Origin: Christensenellales bacterium
Lineage (GTDB): Bacteria > Bacillota > Clostridia > Christensenellales > CAG-917
DNA: 64,000 nt
Direction of reading: 5' to 3'
Assembly (NCBI GenBank): GCA_045130665.1
Contig: JBGUQC010000004.1
Coordinates: 275,671-339,670 of the forward strand
The position numbers were made by a program, and so were the translations under genes. This document shows positions 53,603 through 63,275 of the stretch, piece by piece. A model generated the notes under the pieces. It was not told the DNA's origin. It did no database searches and saw only the letters and a list, made by a program, of their open reading frames with translations. Within the stretch, counting starts at the first letter, position 1; every line of letters begins with the position of its first letter.

Positions 53603-54136
53603 ATGGAAATAGGTGAAAAAATAAGAAACTTAAGATTACAAAAAGGCTTAACTCAAGAAGAATTAGCCAACAGATGTGAACTCTCAAAGGGGTTCATTTC
53701 TCAAGTAGAAAATGATATCAACTCAGTGTCTGTTACTTCACTTCTAGATATCATTAACGCCTTAGGCGTTACTCCTGCAGAATTCTTCTCAGATAAGGAT
53801 GCAGAAAAAGTTGTGTTTGGTGAAAATGAATTTATTGAGAAGGAAACAGATCAATACATCATGAACTGGTTGATACCAAATGCACAAAAAAACGAAATGG
53901 AACCTTTACGCGTAGACCTTAAACCTCATTGCTCAATGGAAGAAGACATTCCACATGACGGAGATGAGTTTGGTTACGTGTTAAAAGGAACTATAGATTT
54001 AATAATTGGCAAAAACAAGAGCACTGTGAAGGAAGGAGAAGCTTTTTATTATATCTCAGATAAACCTCACAACATTGAGAACAATTCAGATGAAATGGCA
54101 ACATTCATTTGGGTTTCTTCTCCACCAACATTTTAA
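53603..54136 (+). CDS. XRE-family HTH + cupin transcriptional regulator (PuuR-like) of the polyamine operon
   Basis: IGEKIRNLRLQKGLTQEELA..SKGFISQVE HTH; cupin H.G.EFGYVLKG; first gene of the pot operon. Confidence 0.9.
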   Translation: MEIGEKIRNLRLQKGLTQEELANRCELSKGFISQVENDINSVSVTSLLDIINALGVTPAEFFSDKDAEKVVFGENEFIEKETDQYIMNWLIPNAQKNEMEPLRVDLKPHCSMEEDIPHDGDEFGYVLKGTIDLIIGKNKSTVKEGEAFYYISDKPHNIENNSDEMATFIWVSSPPTF

Positions 54137-54160
54137 TTCATCTTTTATTTAGGAGAGAAA

Positions 54161-56056
54161 ATGAGAGAGCAAGACAAGAAAGATTACATTATTGAATTAA
54201 AAAATGTAACAAAAACTTATGATGGCAAAGATGTTGTAAAGAACGCTTCATTTAATATTAAACGCGGCGAATTTGTTACTTTCTTAGGGCCTTCTGGCTG
54301 TGGAAAAACTACAACATTAAGAATGATTGCTGGATTTGAAAATCCAACATCTGGAACTATTCTTTTTGAAGGTAAAGATATTACTGCTATACCTCCATAT
54401 CAAAGAAAAATTAATACAGTCTTCCAAAAGTATGCATTATTCCCACATCTTAATGTATTTAAGAATATTGCATTCGGTTTGAAATTAAAGGCTGTTCCAG
54501 ATAGCATGAAGTTTAATAAGAAGGGCGAAAGGGTCCAAACTTATAGAAAATTCACAAAGGCTGAGATTAAAGAAAAAGTTAATGCAGCTTTAAAAATGGT
54601 AGACCTTGAGGACTATGGTCATAGAAGTGTTTCTTCACTCTCTGGCGGACAACAACAAAGAGTTGCAATTGCTAGAGCAATTGTTAATGAACCAGAAGTA
54701 TTACTCTTAGACGAACCACTCGGAGCATTAGACCTTAAGATGAGAAAGGATATGCAAATCGAATTAATGAATATGCATAACACCTTAGGTATTACATTTA
54801 TTTATGTAACTCACGACCAAGAAGAAGCATTAACAATGTCAGATAAAATCATCGTTATGAGAGATGGTATTATCCAACAAATTGCTACACCAAAGACAAT
54901 ATATGATGAACCAGCAAACGCATTCGTTGCAGACTTCATTGGTGAAAGTAATATTCTCTCAGGCACAATGCTTGAAGATTATAAGGTTGAAATTTGTGGC
55001 AACGTATTTGAATGTGTTGATAAAGGCTTTAAGAAAAATGAGCCAATTGACGTTATTATTAGACCAGAAGATATCAAGATTAAGAAAGATTCTGATGACT
55101 TACTTAAAGCTACTGTTCTCTCCTGCATATTCAAAGGTGACCACTACTTAATTACAGTTCAATCCGGTGAAAACGAATTGATTATCCACAATACAACATA
55201 TTATGAGCCAGGTTCAAAGATTGGTTTATATATTAAACCATTCGATTTCCACATTATGCATAAGGCAAAACTCATTAACACTGTTGATGCATATATGGTT
55301 TCCGAAGGCGTAGTTGATATTTGTGGCGGACATTTCGATTGTAACTCAACATTAGATGCTGGAACATTAGTAACAGCAACAATTGACTTTGATGACGTTG
55401 AAATCACTGATGACCCAGAAGACGGTATCATTGAAGGAACAGTTGTAAGTTCAATTTATAAAGGAAGTTATTATCAATGTATCGTAAAGACAGATGATTA
55501 CTATGACTTCTTCGTAGATACAGATTATGAATATCTCAAAGGAGATAGAGTTGGTTTAACAATACCAAAAGATAAGATAATCATCGAAGAAAGACAAGAA
55601 GAAAAAACTCCTGAAGAAAAGACCTTAGAAGAAGCACCATTGGTCGAAGACCAAGCAATTGAAACTGAGGAAGCAAAAGAAGCTCCAGTAAAGAGATCTC
55701 TTGAAGAAGCAGCACAAATCATGGACGAGGAAAGATACTCTGCTGTTGAAGAAGAAACAACAACTGAGGAACCAATCGTTGAAGAAATAGTTGTTGAGGA
55801 AGAAATTGTTGTCGAAGCTCCAGTTGAAGAACCTGTAAAGGAAGAAGTTAAAGTTGAAGAGACAAAGCCAGCAAAGAAACCAGCTGCAAAAAAGAGTGCT
55901 CCTAAAAAAGAGGCAGAACCAAAAGTAGAAAAGGTTGAAGAAAAGAAAGAAGAGCCAAAGGCTCCAGCAGAAAAGAAAACAACAAAGAGTACAAAAACAG
56001 AATTCGTAAGAGATCCTGCAGTACCAAGAAATAAACCAACAACAAAAAAGAAATAA
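54161..56056 (+). CDS. potA: Spermidine/putrescine ABC transporter ATPase with extra TOBE-like domain and long acidic/basic tail
   Basis: [50 protein letters not shown]; C-terminal extension from ~55586. Confidence 0.93.
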   Translation: MREQDKKDYIIELKNVTKTYDGKDVVKNASFNIKRGEFVTFLGPSGCGKTTTLRMIAGFENPTSGTILFEGKDITAIPPYQRKINTVFQKYALFPHLNVFKNIAFGLKLKAVPDSMKFNKKGERVQTYRKFTKAEIKEKVNAALKMVDLEDYGHRSVSSLSGGQQQRVAIARAIVNEPEVLLLDEPLGALDLKMRKDMQIELMNMHNTLGITFIYVTHDQEEALTMSDKIIVMRDGIIQQIATPKTIYDEPANAFVADFIGESNILSGTMLEDYKVEICGNVFECVDKGFKKNEPIDVIIRPEDIKIKKDSDDLLKATVLSCIFKGDHYLITVQSGENELIIHNTTYYEPGSKIGLYIKPFDFHIMHKAKLINTVDAYMVSEGVVDICGGHFDCNSTLDAGTLVTATIDFDDVEITDDPEDGIIEGTVVSSIYKGSYYQCIVKTDDYYDFFVDTDYEYLKGDRVGLTIPKDKIIIEERQEEKTPEEKTLEEAPLVEDQAIETEEAKEAPVKRSLEEAAQIMDEERYSAVEEETTTEEPIVEEIVVEEEIVVEAPVEEPVKEEVKVEETKPAKKPAAKKSAPKKEAEPKVEKVEEKKEEPKAPAEKKTTKSTKTEFVRDPAVPRNKPTTKKK

Positions 56057-56069
56057 GTAGGTGTAAAAA

Positions 56070-56867
56070 ATGTCTAAACTTTCAAAGAAATTTAAAATGA
56101 CAAAAAAGGTGTTTAGTTATCCTTACATACTATTTATGCTTCTTTTTGTCATTGTGCCGTTGGTAATGATCCTTATCTATGCCTTCATGGATAATGGTCA
56201 CCAATTCACTTTGAGCAACTTCCAAACATTCTTCACATCCAGAAGTTCTCTATATGTTCTTGGAAATTCTCTATTTGTTGGCGTAATTACTACAGCAATT
56301 TGCTTAATAATTGGCTATCCTGCCGCATATTTCTTATCTAAATCTAAGAATGGTGGTAAGGTTATGGTTCTATTATTCATCTTACCTATGTGGGTTAACT
56401 TCTTAATTAGAACCTTAGCAACAAAAGAAATTTTCATCGCATTAAACGTTGAACTTGGTATGGGTACAGTTTTGTTTGGTATGGTATATAACTATTTGCC
56501 ATTCATGATTTTACCACTTCACACCGTAATCTCCGGAATAGACAAGAGCTATTTAGAGGCAGCTACAGACTTAGGTGCAGATGACATGACAACTTTCTTC
56601 AAGGTTGTACTTCCAATGTCCGTAAGCGGTATTCTAAGCGGTATAACAATGGTTTTCATTCCAACTATCTCAACATTCGCAATCTCACAATTGCTCTCAA
56701 ATGGAAAGATATTCTTGTTCGGTGATTCCATTGAACTTAAATTCTCACAAGATATGTACGGCGTAGGTTCTGTAATGAGCTTGGTTATGTTAGCATTTGT
56801 TCTTATCTCTTCATTCATTATGAATAGATATAACAAAAATAAAAACGTTGGGAGGACATTATGGTAA
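56070..56867 (+). CDS. potB: Spermidine/putrescine ABC transporter permease
   Basis: IGYPAAY, LPMWVNFLIRT, YNYLPFMILP, EAATDLGA (EAA loop). Confidence 0.93.
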   Translation: MSKLSKKFKMTKKVFSYPYILFMLLFVIVPLVMILIYAFMDNGHQFTLSNFQTFFTSRSSLYVLGNSLFVGVITTAICLIIGYPAAYFLSKSKNGGKVMVLLFILPMWVNFLIRTLATKEIFIALNVELGMGTVLFGMVYNYLPFMILPLHTVISGIDKSYLEAATDLGADDMTTFFKVVLPMSVSGILSGITMVFIPTISTFAISQLLSNGKIFLFGDSIELKFSQDMYGVGSVMSLVMLAFVLISSFIMNRYNKNKNVGRTLW

Positions 56868-57685
56868 AGAAAATATTTCAAAAAACATATTTGTTTTTAA
56901 TCCTAGCGGTTTTATATGCACCAATAGTCTTTATTATCGTTTACTCCTTCTCAGGTAGTTCAAACTTTAATTTTGACAATGGCTTCACTCTAGAATCATA
57001 TAAGCAAATATTTACATCAGATAAATCTGCAACATTATTAGAAGCATTAGGAAATACCTTCTTTATCGCAGCAGTTAGTTCTGTAATTGCAACAATTATG
57101 GGCACATGTGCTGCAATTGGTATTCATGCTTTAGGCAAAAAGATGAGACGTGTTGTTGAAACAGTTAACCAATTCCCTATCATTAACTCAGAAATTGTTA
57201 TGGCTGTATCATTCATGATCTTCTTCGTAACTTGCCGTTTTGCAGAAGGATACACAAGATTGATTATTGCACATATCGCATTCACCACACCTTATGTTGT
57301 TCTATCCGTTCTTCCTAAATTAGAATCAATGGATCCAAATGTATATGAGGCAGCTCTAGACTTAGGTGCAACACCTGCATACGCAATGATTAAGGTTATA
57401 ATCCCAATGATTACTCCTGGAATCATAAGTGGTTTTGCAATGGCATTCACCATCTCTCTTGATGACTTCATCATTACACAAATCAACAAGGGTGCAGGAA
57501 CTGGAATAGATACCTTATCCACATATATCTACTCAGATGCAAGAGTTCAAGGTCTAGAACCATTCTGGTATGCAATATTCTCAATAATCATTGTTGTAGT
57601 TCTTGCAATTGTATTAATTGTTAACTTAGTTAATGCAACAAAAGCTAAGAAAGCTAAAACACTAAATGGAGGGCTTGTAAAATGA
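56861..57685 (+). CDS. potC: Spermidine/putrescine ABC transporter permease
   Basis: LYAPI..I.YSF, AHIAFTTPYVV, YEAALDLGA, FTISLDDF. Confidence 0.93.
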   Translation: MVKKIFQKTYLFLILAVLYAPIVFIIVYSFSGSSNFNFDNGFTLESYKQIFTSDKSATLLEALGNTFFIAAVSSVIATIMGTCAAIGIHALGKKMRRVVETVNQFPIINSEIVMAVSFMIFFVTCRFAEGYTRLIIAHIAFTTPYVVLSVLPKLESMDPNVYEAALDLGATPAYAMIKVIIPMITPGIISGFAMAFTISLDDFIITQINKGAGTGIDTLSTYIYSDARVQGLEPFWYAIFSIIIVVVLAIVLIVNLVNATKAKKAKTLNGGLVK

Positions 57686-59193
57686 AGAAAATTATAATGG
57701 CTCTTTGCTTAGTATTAGTACTTGTACTAATGGTTACAGTTTTTGTTGCTTGCGACAAGACAGACTCAGAAGGTAATGCAATAGACACATTAGTTGTTTA
57801 CAACTGGGAAGATTACATCGATGAAAGTGCCGAAACAAGCAGAATTGAAGCTTTCAAAGAATACTATAAGGAAACAACTGGAAGATCTATTGATATCGTT
57901 TATTCAACATTTGATACAAACGAAACAATGCTTGCAAAAGTTTTAAACAATGACGCATCCTCAGTAGACCTTATTTGTCCAAGTGACTATGCAATCCAAA
58001 AGTTAATGGTTAATGGAAGATTAGAATCCTTAACAGATTTAATCAACCAATACAAAGATGAATTAGAACTCAAGAACATTAAGACTACCCTTCAAAACAC
58101 TGAAGAAGCTTTCTCAGATGCAATTAGAGCAGAATTCAGCGAGATTGAGATAAATGGACAAATTGTTTCTATGGAAGATTACATGGTTCCTTACATGATG
58201 GGAACATTAGGTATTCTCTACAACGTTAACTATGTTACAGAGGAAGACCTAGCTGCTGGTTGGGGAATCTTATGGAATAAAGCTGACAACCCAGATTTAG
58301 AAAACAAAATCTTAGTAAAAGATAGTGTCAGAGATACATATGTTGCAGCAGTTATGTATATGAAACAAGAAGGTTTACTTCCAGAAGGATATGAAAATAA
58401 AACTGTTCAAGAATTAATCAACTGTACAGACTCAGCTTTATTAAAAGCTGCAGAAGATGTCTTAACAGAACAAAGAGACCATATTGCAGGATATGAAGTA
58501 GACTTTGGTAAGGATGATATGTTAAACGAAATCGTTTATGTAGACTTAGCTTGGTCTGGAGATGCATTATGGGCAATTGAAGAAAGTTATGACGAAGAAA
58601 CAGATGAATGTTATTTAGACTACTTTGTTCCAACTGATGAAGATGGTAAACAAACAGGTAATATCTGGTTTGATGGTTGGGTAATTCCAAAGACAGCATC
58701 TAACAAAAAGGCCGCACTTCTCTTCATTGATTTCATGAACGATCCAAACAATGCAATTTATAATTCAATTTACATTGGTTATACCTCTGCTGTTTCTATC
58801 GACAGAATGATGTATGAATTCGATGACAATGGCAACATTGTTTACGAAGAAGGACATGAAGGCGAAGAAGGTTACGAAGTAATCAATGAAACAGTATATG
58901 AAATTTTAGTAGATAATGAATATGCTGAGGAAGGCGATGATTATGACTTCAGTTACTTCGAAGATGAAAGAAGATATCCAACTCTTGGAGATACATCTCA
59001 ATTAGGTGTTATGAGAGACTTTGGAGATAGAACTGAAGCTGCTATTACAATGTGGGAAAATGCAAAGACTGGTAAAGATGTACCATGGGTATTAATCTAT
59101 TGTACAGCAGCAATCTTAGGCCTCGCAGTTGTAATATTAATTATCTGGGGCATCAAAGAAAAAATCAGATTACAACCAAAGAAAATAAACTAA
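57682..59193 (+). CDS. potD: Spermidine/putrescine-binding lipoprotein with extra C-terminal TM helix
   Basis: Lipobox FVAC; VYNWEDYID, FDTNETM, PSDYAIQK, GTLGILYN, AWSGDA, WFDGWVIPK. Confidence 0.92.
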   Translation: MKKIIMALCLVLVLVLMVTVFVACDKTDSEGNAIDTLVVYNWEDYIDESAETSRIEAFKEYYKETTGRSIDIVYSTFDTNETMLAKVLNNDASSVDLICPSDYAIQKLMVNGRLESLTDLINQYKDELELKNIKTTLQNTEEAFSDAIRAEFSEIEINGQIVSMEDYMVPYMMGTLGILYNVNYVTEEDLAAGWGILWNKADNPDLENKILVKDSVRDTYVAAVMYMKQEGLLPEGYENKTVQELINCTDSALLKAAEDVLTEQRDHIAGYEVDFGKDDMLNEIVYVDLAWSGDALWAIEESYDEETDECYLDYFVPTDEDGKQTGNIWFDGWVIPKTASNKKAALLFIDFMNDPNNAIYNSIYIGYTSAVSIDRMMYEFDDNGNIVYEEGHEGEEGYEVINETVYEILVDNEYAEEGDDYDFSYFEDERRYPTLGDTSQLGVMRDFGDRTEAAITMWENAKTGKDVPWVLIYCTAAILGLAVVILIIWGIKEKIRLQPKKIN

Positions 59194-59206
59194 AAGTTTA
59201 TCAACT

Positions 59207-59249
59207 AAAAAATTAAGACTTCATTGGATATCCTTTGAAGTCTTTTTTT
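59207..59249. terminator. Bidirectional terminator between potD and folK
   Basis: A-run, AAGACTTCA-12-TGAAGTCTT, T-run. Confidence 0.85.
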
Positions 59250-59250
59250 A

Positions 59251-60090
59251 TTAGAATTTTAATAACTTGTTTAGTAACTGTTCTGTTGTAAGTCCTAGAA
59301 CTGGATGAGGTTTCTTAGGACACAATTGACATAGCGGATCTAGAACAAATACACGATTTGTCATATCTACATGAGGAATCTTTAGATTTGGTTCATCAAC
59401 AATATAATCTCCATAATAAATAATATCTAAATCTAAGGTTCTATTCCCCCAGTGTATTTCTCTTGTTCTATTTTCACTTGCCTCTATTTCATTTAATTTC
59501 TCTAATAACTCCTTTGGAGTTAAAACTGTTCTAATTTCAGCACATGAATTAACAAAGTCCTCTGTTGCAGCATCACCATATGGTTTTGTTTCTATTCTCC
59601 TACTCTCTTTTACAAACTCAATCTCTTTTGTGTCCTTAAGTTTTTGAATAGCATTATCTAAATATTGATTTTTATCTCCCAAATTAGAACCAAGAGCAAT
59701 ATAGCAAGTTGTCCACTCTTTTGTGGTCTTTACAGATACATAATTAAACACCTGATTCATTGGAGCATTTGGCTTTTTAACTTCAAGTGTGATTTTCTTT
59801 GCAATTTTGTAGTTTATAAGTATCTCTTTTGCTAATCTAGAAACTAGAGTTTCTATTAAATCAAAACAATTGTCCTTAAAGAATGCAACTATAAACTTAG
59901 AAACCTTTGCATAGTTTATAGTTAAATCTAACAAATCCTCTTTTGCAGCCTTGGATATATCAACAACCAAATCCACATCTACACCCCATTTTTGAGGGTT
60001 GACCTTTTCTTCTGGATTAACTCCATGACAGGCCATTATTTCAAGGCCGTTAATTATTATATGCGAATCTTCTTGATAATACTTTTTCAT
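59251..60090 (-). CDS. folK: Bifunctional dihydroneopterin aldolase / HPPK (FolB-FolK fusion)
   Basis: N-terminal ACHGVNPEEK..DLTINYA (FolB); C-terminal YIALGSNLGD, WGNRTLDLDII, IPH (FolK). Confidence 0.93.
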   Translation of the reverse strand: MKKYYQEDSHIIINGLEIMACHGVNPEEKVNPQKWGVDVDLVVDISKAAKEDLLDLTINYAKVSKFIVAFFKDNCFDLIETLVSRLAKEILINYKIAKKITLEVKKPNAPMNQVFNYVSVKTTKEWTTCYIALGSNLGDKNQYLDNAIQKLKDTKEIEFVKESRRIETKPYGDAATEDFVNSCAEIRTVLTPKELLEKLNEIEASENRTREIHWGNRTLDLDIIYYGDYIVDEPNLKIPHVDMTNRVFVLDPLCQLCPKKPHPVLGLTTEQLLNKLLKF

Positions 60091-61235
60091 TAGAATGTGC
60101 TGTAATCTGTATCTTCATCACTGCCGAAGCGGTTAATCTTTATATCCTCGCGCATTGGAAGGCCTCTGCCAGGCTTGTAATCCACGTATTTATTAATTGC
60201 TTTCTTAAACTCTTCCATTGTTTCTGGTGCGACTTCACCTTGTGCCTCTTCAGTTTCATCTTTACCTTGGATAACAAAGTCTTCGATATTTGTTTCTTCA
60301 ACAACTTCTTCTGCTGGAGCCTCTTCTTCAAGAACTTCCTCAACTGGAGCTTCTTCAGCAACTTGTACTGGAACAAAGCTCTTATCAATGTCAGCAACAA
60401 CATCTGAAAGTTTCTCTTTCTTTTCTTCTCCCTCTTCCTCTGTTGGTTGAATATTGGAACCCTTTGCATGAAGAACTGCATCTATTGCTGCTTTATTCTC
60501 TGCAATATCATGTACTCTTACAAATAAATAACCTTTTTGTGCCGCAAGTGCTGTTGTATTAACAGTTGGAATTAATCTATCTTCTACATTTCCACCAAAG
60601 AATGATTTTCTAGATGTACCTAATAATAGTGGATAACCTATACTCATTAATTGACGGTATTTTAATAATAACTCCCAGTCTTCACCGGCATTGTGGTTAA
60701 AACCAATACCACCATCTAATAAAATCTTCTCTTTCTTTATTCCTGCAACTCTTGCTCTTTCAACAGCATCTGTTAATCCTGCAATCTTGTCTTGCATCAA
60801 CTTAACATCTTTAGATGATTCTCTTCTGTTATGGCAGATACAAACTGCTGCATCATGATTAGCAATAACCTTAGCCATTCTAGGGTCTCCTAAACATGTT
60901 ACATCATTAATCATGTCTGCACCATTATCTAAACAAACGTCTGCTACATTTGAATAATATGTATCTATAGATACAGGTATATTAAAATGGGCCTTGATTT
61001 CTTTCAAAACTGGAAGTACTCTACCAAGTTCTACTGGAGCTTTAACAATATCTGCACCAGGTCTTGTAGATTGTCCACCAACATCTATAATTTCAGCACC
61101 ATCTCTTATCATTTGATAAACTCTTTCAAAGAGATCTCCCTTTAGTCTACTAGGCTCATAGAAAGAATCATCGGTAACATTAAGAATACCCATGATATGT
61201 GTGCCTTCTTTAAATTCCCTATTCCCTATTATCAT
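60090..61235 (-). CDS. folP: Dihydropteroate synthase with ~125-codon acidic C-terminal extension
   Basis: MGILNVT.DSF, DVGGQSTRPG, SIDTY, INDV, GTSRKSF, RVHD. Confidence 0.94.
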   Translation of the reverse strand: MIIGNREFKEGTHIMGILNVTDDSFYEPSRLKGDLFERVYQMIRDGAEIIDVGGQSTRPGADIVKAPVELGRVLPVLKEIKAHFNIPVSIDTYYSNVADVCLDNGADMINDVTCLGDPRMAKVIANHDAAVCICHNRRESSKDVKLMQDKIAGLTDAVERARVAGIKKEKILLDGGIGFNHNAGEDWELLLKYRQLMSIGYPLLLGTSRKSFFGGNVEDRLIPTVNTTALAAQKGYLFVRVHDIAENKAAIDAVLHAKGSNIQPTEEEGEEKKEKLSDVVADIDKSFVPVQVAEEAPVEEVLEEEAPAEEVVEETNIEDFVIQGKDETEEAQGEVAPETMEEFKKAINKYVDYKPGRGLPMREDIKINRFGSDEDTDYSTF

Positions 61236-61245
61236 AAAATCTCTC

Positions 61246-61809
61246 CTACTTTAAGCTTGCAATTTGAAGTATTCTTTTTATTGTTTCTTCAGACATATCT
61301 CCCCTTGTTGCCATGGTTTGTGTCTTAGAACCAACTTTCTTAATTCCACGAGCTGTCATGCAAGTATGCTCACCTTCTATTATAACTAATACACCTGCAG
61401 CATTCAATTCTTTATAAATAGCATCTGCTATTTGCTCTGTCATTCTCTCTTGCATTTGGAAGCGTTTTGCGTAGCAATCTACTAATCTTCCAAGCTTGCT
61501 TAGACCAACAACTTTATCTTGAGGCATATATGCAATTAATACATGTCCAAAGAATGGCATGAGGTGATGTTCACAAGTGGATGCAAAGTCTATATTCTTT
61601 TCAATAACTATTTCTCTGCCATCTTGTGTAAAAGTTCTGCATAAATAATCTTTTGGATCTTGGTTATATCCAGCGGTGATTTCTTCATACATTCTCGCAA
61701 CTCTTTCTGGAGTTTCTTTAAGACCTTCTCTATTTGGGTCTTCGCCTACTGCTTCGATTATCATTCTTACAGCTTGCTCAATTTTCTTTTTGTCTACTTC
61801 TTTTTGCAT
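61246..61809 (-). CDS. folE: GTP cyclohydrolase I
   Basis: REGLKETPERVA, STCEHHLMPFFG, GLSKL, QERMT, HTCMTARG. Confidence 0.97.
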   Translation of the reverse strand: MQKEVDKKKIEQAVRMIIEAVGEDPNREGLKETPERVARMYEEITAGYNQDPKDYLCRTFTQDGREIVIEKNIDFASTCEHHLMPFFGHVLIAYMPQDKVVGLSKLGRLVDCYAKRFQMQERMTEQIADAIYKELNAAGVLVIIEGEHTCMTARGIKKVGSKTQTMATRGDMSEETIKRILQIASLK

Positions 61810-61832
61810 AACTATTCCCTCGTATTATTCAA

Positions 61833-63074
61833 TTAAAATTGAATATTTTCAAATAGCGTGAGTGAGCCACATACTATTATTACATCTAAATCGCTATTAA
61901 GATTATCTTTTATTGCATCATTAATATTTTCTATTTTGTTAGATTCAAAGCCTAATTTTTTGGCTAAATTTATTAGTTGATCCATTGTTGCTGCACGTGG
62001 TGATGTGGATTGAATGAATGTTGTCCTTGAAGACAATGGGAGCAATTGTTTTAACACTCCTTCCATATCTTTATCTGCAAGCATTCCAATTACAAATCCA
62101 ATCTTCTTGCCAGTAAAATATGCTTTAACTGTTCTAACTAATGAACTTGCACCTTGAGGATTATGTGAGCCATCTAAAACGATGTATTTATTATCTATTT
62201 TTTTAACCTCAAAACGAACTGGCCACTTGGCATTAAAGACACCTTTTAAGGTGTTCTTTAAAGTTATGTTCCATCCCTGCTTTTTAAGTTCTTCTATTGC
62301 GGCTATTGCAAGAGATAAGTTTTGGGCTTGATAATCACCTAATAATCTAGTTGTGTAATTGATACCATCTATGCAAATAACTTGTCCTTCATCTACATCT
62401 CTAGATATAACTATTCCTTCTGGTGCAACTACTACTTCCTTGGCAACTTTTCTTATTTCTGCCATTACATCTTCACTTTGGGCAAATGTGATGGCTTTAT
62501 CTTTGATAATTGCAGCCTTTTCTCTTGCTATTTCAGCATATGTATTTCCAAGTAGTGCACAATGATCTAAACCTATTGCAGTTATTATTGCAAGCTCTTT
62601 ATTTTTAATTACGTTAGTTGCATCTAATCTTCCACCTAAACCAACCTCTAAAACCACTATGTCACAACCAACATCTTTGAACATTAAAAATGCTGCAACT
62701 GTTTCAATTTCAAAGGCGGTTAAATAATACTTTGTATTATTTTCTTTCAATTTTTCTATTGTGTTTTTAACAATTTCAAGGTACTTTGCAACTAGTTCTT
62801 CACTAGCCATTTCGTTGTTTATTAAGAATCTTTCTCTGTAGTTATAAATGTATGGGGAATTATATGTTCCAACCTTATATCCATTTTCTTTTAGAATGGA
62901 TGTTATATATGCTGTAACACTTCCCTTCCCATTCGTTCCTGCAACATGGACAAATTTTAAAGAATCCTCAGGGTTATTAAGGAAATCACAAGCCATTTGC
63001 ATTCTTTCCAGGCCGTAGTCTGAACCATACCTAGAAATATTCATAATGTAAGAAAGAGCTTCTTTATATAACAA
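61833..63074 (-). CDS. folC: Folylpolyglutamate synthase / dihydrofolate synthase
   Basis: HVAGTNGKGS, YRERF, LEVGLGGRLDATN, IGLDH, LDGSHNP. TTG start at 63074 after SD GGAGG gives the canonical (M)LYKEALSYI start. Confidence 0.95.
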   Translation of the reverse strand: MLYKEALSYIMNISRYGSDYGLERMQMACDFLNNPEDSLKFVHVAGTNGKGSVTAYITSILKENGYKVGTYNSPYIYNYRERFLINNEMASEELVAKYLEIVKNTIEKLKENNTKYYLTAFEIETVAAFLMFKDVGCDIVVLEVGLGGRLDATNVIKNKELAIITAIGLDHCALLGNTYAEIAREKAAIIKDKAITFAQSEDVMAEIRKVAKEVVVAPEGIVISRDVDEGQVICIDGINYTTRLLGDYQAQNLSLAIAAIEELKKQGWNITLKNTLKGVFNAKWPVRFEVKKIDNKYIVLDGSHNPQGASSLVRTVKAYFTGKKIGFVIGMLADKDMEGVLKQLLPLSSRTTFIQSTSPRAATMDQLINLAKKLGFESNKIENINDAIKDNLNSDLDVIIVCGSLTLFENIQF

Positions 63075-63110
63075 AACGAAGCACCCCCTCCGTGGAAGCA
63101 CTTCTCGCAA

Positions 63111-63210
63111 GTGAAGCGGGAGCGAAATCTGCACCGCAAGTTTTTAAACTCTTCGTCCTTGGACACCCCCCGTTCCAATGGCACTTAACGCACAGTTTTC
63201 TACAACTTCC
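63111..63210 (-). ncRNA. THF (tetrahydrofolate) riboswitch
   Basis: GGAAG..GUAGA..GCGUUAAGUG..GAACGGG..ACGAAG..GCGGU..GCUCCCGCUUC matches the THF aptamer pattern, directly upstream of folC-folE-folP-folBK. Confidence 0.92.
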
Positions 63211-63239
63211 AAATTGAATAGATTTTTTAGGGTATATTT

Positions 63240-63270
63240 ATTTTAGCACGAGATTATTGCATATGCAATA
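63240..63270 (-). promoter_or_regulatory. SigA promoter of the folate operon with a perfect 16-bp palindrome over the -35
   Basis: TTGCAT-17 bp-TAAAAT with extended TG; TATTGCAT|ATGCAATA at 63255-63270. Confidence 0.65.
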
Positions 63271-63275
63271 TGAAA

